Of a stretch of 56,042 nt of DNA, positions 52,985 through 56,042 are shown piece by piece. The stretch covers positions 1-56,042 of the forward strand of contig DATJPQ010000254.1 of the NCBI GenBank assembly GCA_035506315.1, written 5' to 3'. The notes under the pieces were generated by a model. The model ran no database searches, had not been told where the DNA came from, and worked only from the letters and a program-made list of their open reading frames with translations. Positions within the stretch are counted from its first letter, which is position 1. Every line of letters starts with the position of its first letter. The translations under genes and the position numbers were made by a program. The stretch is from Opitutaceae bacterium. Its GTDB lineage: Bacteria; Verrucomicrobiota; Verrucomicrobiia; Opitutales; Opitutaceae.

Positions 52985-54252
52985 GCGGATGGCCTCGCGG
53001 GGTATTGGGGCGCAGCGTGCAGGCGCCAACGGACGAGTTCCTTGATGCGTCCGGCGACGTGGCAGGGAAACTCAAGGTCACCCTCGCGCGGATCCTCCAA
53101 GTCATCGACGGGGTCGAGCGGCTGGATCTTGCCGGTGTGGGCCGGATATTGCCGGGCCAGCGTCTCGCACTGGCCGCGCGTCATGCAGAAGACGATGTCG
53201 GCCTGTTCCAGCATTTCGGCGGTAATCGGGCGGGAGGCATGGCCGCCGTGGGCGAGATCCATCTTTTCCAGCACACGGCGCGCGGCCGGGTTGGGCGGGA
53301 GTCCGTCGATGGTGGAGGAGCTGGCGTTCCAGGCGTTTTCGTCCGGCTGCTCCCCCGCGTCGGCGCAGCCGCCGGGCAGACCGGAGATCTCCTCGCGGCC
53401 GATGGCCTGCGCCATGAGCGAATGGCGGTTGTGGCCCGGGCCGATGACCAGGAATTTCTTGTCCAGAATCTGCGCGGCGGTCGTCGGGCGCTGGTCAACG
53501 ATCGCGCCCATGCCGATGAAGCGCCGCACGCCCTCGTCGGCGGCCGCGTGCAGAATCGCCGGCAACGGACCAAACTCGGCGAGGCGGCCTCCGCGTTCGC
53601 CGCGCAGCATGAACCCGGCGCGATCGCCGACGCGCTCGGCGAGTGCGACCTTGTGCGTGACCATGACGATGAGGCGTTCGCGCGCGAGGGTGCGGACCAG
53701 TCTTTCGATCTGGATGCTGCTGATCGGGTCGAGCGCCGAAGTCGGCTCGTCCATCAGCAGAACCTCCGGTTGTAACGCGACCGCGCGGGCGATGGCGAGC
53801 CGTTGCTGCTGGCCGCCCGACAAATTGCGGGCCGGCGCATCCAGGCTCAGCTCCCGCGCTAGCCCGACATCCTCGAGCACATGCTCGGCGATGCCGCGAA
53901 TCTCCCGCCGGGCGGTGCGGCCGTCGTGCCGCAGGCCGAATTCCACATTGGCGCGCACGCTGCCCATGAGCATGGCGGGCAATTGCTGGATGTAGCCGAC
54001 CCGGCGGGTGAGCTCCCGCCGGGGCCCGGCGAAAATGCTGCGGCCGTCCAGCAGGATGTCGCCCGAGCGCGTCCAGCCGTCCACGCCGCCCTCGATGAGC
54101 CGCTGGGTGGCCTTCAGCAACGAGCTTTTGCCGACGCCGGACGGGCCGAGCAGGATCACGACGCCGGGTCCGGTGAGGTCGAGATCGACGGCCTCGATGA
54201 CCGGTCGGCGGGCGACCGCGAGCGCCAGCTGCTGGTAACGGAGGTGGATCAT
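52981..54252 (-). CDS. pstB: PstB-like phosphate ABC transporter ATPase fused to a C-terminal LMW-PTP/ArsC-like domain with degenerate P-loop
   Basis: ATPase part: Walker A GPSGVGKSS, PstB-type signature LSGGQQQRLAIARA, Walker B LLMDEPTSALD, H-loop VTH. The C-terminal ~160 aa align by eye to the LMW-PTP fold (FLVIGPGHNRHSLMAQAI versus consensus VCxGNxCRSPMAEA; ...ADIVFCMT...; LEDPREG versus DPY/F). The start ATG 54252 overlaps the pstA stop (ATGA). Confidence 0.75.
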   Translation of the reverse strand: MIHLRYQQLALAVARRPVIEAVDLDLTGPGVVILLGPSGVGKSSLLKATQRLIEGGVDGWTRSGDILLDGRSIFAGPRRELTRRVGYIQQLPAMLMGSVRANVEFGLRHDGRTARREIRGIAEHVLEDVGLARELSLDAPARNLSGGQQQRLAIARAVALQPEVLLMDEPTSALDPISSIQIERLVRTLARERLIVMVTHKVALAERVGDRAGFMLRGERGGRLAEFGPLPAILHAAADEGVRRFIGMGAIVDQRPTTAAQILDKKFLVIGPGHNRHSLMAQAIGREEISGLPGGCADAGEQPDENAWNASSSTIDGLPPNPAARRVLEKMDLAHGGHASRPITAEMLEQADIVFCMTRGQCETLARQYPAHTGKIQPLDPVDDLEDPREGDLEFPCHVAGRIKELVRWRLHAAPQYPARPSA

Positions 54253-55055
54253 CCCGCGAACCTCTGCTCCCCCTGCGCCCACGAGACCGCCAGCTGCACC
54301 AATGCCGCGAGCGCGAAGAGGAGCGCGGCGGCGGCATAGGCGGCCTGCTGCCCACCGGGAACGCTGGTGAGCAAGTGGAAGATATATACCGCCAGCGTCG
54401 CCGCCGAATCGAAGCACGAATGCGGGATCGAGGCGGCCACGCCGGACGTGAACAACAACGCGGCGGCATCGCCCAGGCCCCGCCCCGCCGCGAGCGCCGC
54501 CGTGGCGGTGAGCGCCGGGCGCGCCGCGGGCACGATCTGCCGCCAGACCGTCGCCCAACGGCTCGTCCCGAGGGCACGGCACTGCTCGGCGAGCGCCGGA
54601 TCGACGGCGCTGAGTCCGGAGATGAACCCGGCCGTCATGATCGGCGCCATCAGGCAGGCCAGCGTCAGGACGCCCGTGGCGACGGAGAACCCGAATCCCA
54701 GTACGCCGCCGAACAGCGCCGCGCCGAACAAGCCCCACACGATGCGGGGCACGCCGATGCCGATGTTGAGCACAATGTGGGAGAAGCGCCCGAACCACGC
54801 CGGGCGCCGCATCTCGGTGATGAACACCGCCGCCGGCAAACTCAGGGCCGTCGCCAGCAGCGTGGCCGCGCCCACGACGATGCCGGTCGAAACCAGGACC
54901 GGGCCGATCCCGCCGCCGCGCCCGAGGTCGCGGGGCTCGCGCACCAGATAGCCGGGGCGGAATCCCGCCGCGCCGCGCACGAATAAATCGACGCCGATCC
55001 CGATCGTCAGCGCGACGAGCAGCGCCGTGGCCAGGGCACCCGCCACCCGGATCAT
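54249..55055 (-). CDS. pstA: PstA-like phosphate ABC transporter permease
   Basis: 268 aa from ATG 55055 (MIRVAGALATALLVALTIG...). Hydrophobic. PstA-type motif GRGLGDAAALLFTSG and ALGTSRWATVWRQIVP. ATGA overlap with the pstC stop. Confidence 0.75.
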   Translation of the reverse strand: MIRVAGALATALLVALTIGIGVDLFVRGAAGFRPGYLVREPRDLGRGGGIGPVLVSTGIVVGAATLLATALSLPAAVFITEMRRPAWFGRFSHIVLNIGIGVPRIVWGLFGAALFGGVLGFGFSVATGVLTLACLMAPIMTAGFISGLSAVDPALAEQCRALGTSRWATVWRQIVPAARPALTATAALAAGRGLGDAAALLFTSGVAASIPHSCFDSAATLAVYIFHLLTSVPGGQQAAYAAAALLFALAALVQLAVSWAQGEQRFAG

Positions 55056-55873
55056 CTGACCTCCTCCCTGATTTGGTTGAGGCGCACCAGATTGGCAGTG
55101 GCAACGAGCAACATCGTCAGCGCAGCCAGGAAAAATAGCGCCTGCCGGTGCGCCCCGGAAGAGCCATCGTAGTCCACGATCAGCGTCGTGGTCAGCGTGG
55201 AAAATGGCCGCGCCAGACTCCACGGCCAGTTGGGCACATTGCCGGCCACCATGCTGATCGCCACCGCCTCGCCCACGGCCCGGCTCGTGGCCAGCAGGGC
55301 GGCTGCAAACACGCCGCGCCGCGCCCGCGCGAGCAGCACGCGCGTGACCGCCGCCTCGCCCACCGGCAGGGCGCGGCTGGTCTCCACGAGTTTGGCCGGG
55401 ACCTGTCGCAACGCCGCGCCCGCGAGGAGCGCGAACGTGGGCGTGATCATCACCGCAAGCACGATGACGGCGGATGCGAGCGAGTTGCCCAGGAGCGGCA
55501 CGACCCAGGTCATGCCCCACAGGCCGATCACGACCGACGGCACGCTGCCCAGCAGGCCGATCGCGGCGTCACATGCGCGCCGCACGCCGGCGCCCGCATA
55601 CAGGGCCAGATAAACCGCCGTCGCCAGACCCACGGGCAGGGCCAGCGTCAGCGCCAGCCCACCGGCCACCGCCGTGCCGGCCGCCAGCGACCACACTCCG
55701 AAGTTCCCGGAGTGCGGCGCCCAGTGCCAGCCGCCCAGGCTCCATCCCAGTTCGACCAGCGCCCGGCCACCGACGAGCCCCAGAAATGCCGCCAGCGCGA
55801 GTCCCGCCCACAGCGGGCCGGTCCCCAGCGCGCCGAGCGCGGCCCAACGGCCAGACTCAGAGGATCGGGACAT
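55052..55873 (-). CDS. pstC: PstC-like phosphate ABC transporter permease
   Basis: 273 aa. Motifs SGNFGVWSLAAGT, GSVPSVVIGLWG and SRAVGEAVAISMVAGN as in PstC. The start overlaps the end of the upstream binding-protein gene by 17 nt. Confidence 0.75.
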   Translation of the reverse strand: MSRSSESGRWAALGALGTGPLWAGLALAAFLGLVGGRALVELGWSLGGWHWAPHSGNFGVWSLAAGTAVAGGLALTLALPVGLATAVYLALYAGAGVRRACDAAIGLLGSVPSVVIGLWGMTWVVPLLGNSLASAVIVLAVMITPTFALLAGAALRQVPAKLVETSRALPVGEAAVTRVLLARARRGVFAAALLATSRAVGEAVAISMVAGNVPNWPWSLARPFSTLTTTLIVDYDGSSGAHRQALFFLAALTMLLVATANLVRLNQIREEVR

Positions 55874-56042
55874 ACTTCGCCTCCCGGATGATCTGCTGGC
55901 CGTCCTTGCTGTGGAAAAAATCGATCAGCACGCGGCCCTGTGCGCTGGGGGCGCCCCTGGCGATGAGGTAGAGCTGGCGGAACATCGGATACGTTTTGTC
56001 CGCGATGTGCGCCAGGGTGGGCTCGATGCCGTCGAGGGTCAG
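55857..56042 (-). CDS. pstS: Phosphate-binding protein (PstS/PhoT family), C-terminal fragment truncated by the window edge
   Basis: The last 61 codons read LTLDGIEPTLAHIADKTYPMFRQLYLIARGAPSAQGRVLIDFFHSKDGQQIIREAKYVPIL*, which resembles the C-terminus of PstS-type periplasmic binding proteins. It is not in the ORF track because it is partial. Confidence 0.6.
   Translation of the reverse strand: MTLDGIEPTLAHIADKTYPMFRQLYLIARGAPSAQGRVLIDFFHSKDGQQIIREAKYVPIL

Noticed and set aside
1-56042. A search of all intergenic regions for tRNA/tmRNA/rRNA hallmarks (T-loop GGTTCGAATCC-like strings, cloverleaf stems). Also a search of all ORFs for defence, toxin-antitoxin, phage or mobile-element genes.
   Set aside because: None was seen. 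The only ttcgaa-containing strings lie inside coding sequence or in the ggatttcg repeat arms. No ORF shows nuclease, helicase, integrase or reverse-transcriptase motifs recognisable by eye.
52981-56042. Treating the pstSCAB-like genes as an ordinary housekeeping phosphate transporter operon.
   Set aside because: This is not fully rejected: the permease, ATPase and binding-protein motifs are canonical Pst. However, the missing phoU, the fused pseudo-phosphatase domain and the ATGA coupling to four enzyme genes make a plain annotation insufficient, hence the separate findings.

Overview
This is a 56-kb high-GC bacterial chromosomal segment. The TonB-receptor N-terminus (SPFSV type), the CAZyme content and the peculiar intergenic word repeats suggest a Verrucomicrobia/Opitutaceae-like genome; that assignment is inference only. 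I found no rRNA, tRNA, CRISPR array, transposase, integrase, phage gene or recognisable defence gene.

Positions ~450-44200 are a large glycan-utilisation region. The enzyme set fits xyloglucan / beta-glucan / beta-mannoside breakdown:
- Exported proteins: a TonB-dependent receptor, GH74, a standalone CBM-like protein, a PA14-containing GH31, GH3, GH2, GH39 and an SGNH esterase.
- Transport and regulation: two GPH-type MFS symporters, one XylR/AraC regulator and one LacI regulator.
- Cytoplasmic enzymes without signal peptides: a YicI-like GH31, a GH130 and three paralogous GH94 glycoside phosphorylases.

The three GH94 genes share a conserved, inverted-repeat-rich leader that is far better conserved than the coding sequences. 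A lower-GC two-gene cassette (exported TPR+ankyrin protein plus a coiled-coil protein) interrupts the region at 34.6-37.2 kb.

Positions 44.3-56.0 kb are the most unusual part. On the minus strand a Pst-type phosphate ABC importer (partial pstS, then pstC, pstA, pstB) is translationally coupled, mostly through ATGA overlaps, to four enzyme genes: an arginase-family hydrolase, a VOC/glyoxalase-fold protein, an opine-dehydrogenase-family protein and a large Rossmann flavoprotein-like protein. Its PstB carries a C-terminal LMW-PTP/ArsC-like domain with a degenerate, Cys-less P-loop, and there is no phoU. Two paralogous large secreted proteins of unknown function follow, each with a single C-terminal CXXCH motif. 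A ~137-bp tandem duplication at the junction preserves a relic coupled start codon.

Most long ORFs antisense to these genes are high-GC shadow ORFs. Intergenic DNA is built from short tandem word repeats and hairpins. All functional calls come from motif recognition by eye. No database search or computation was run.
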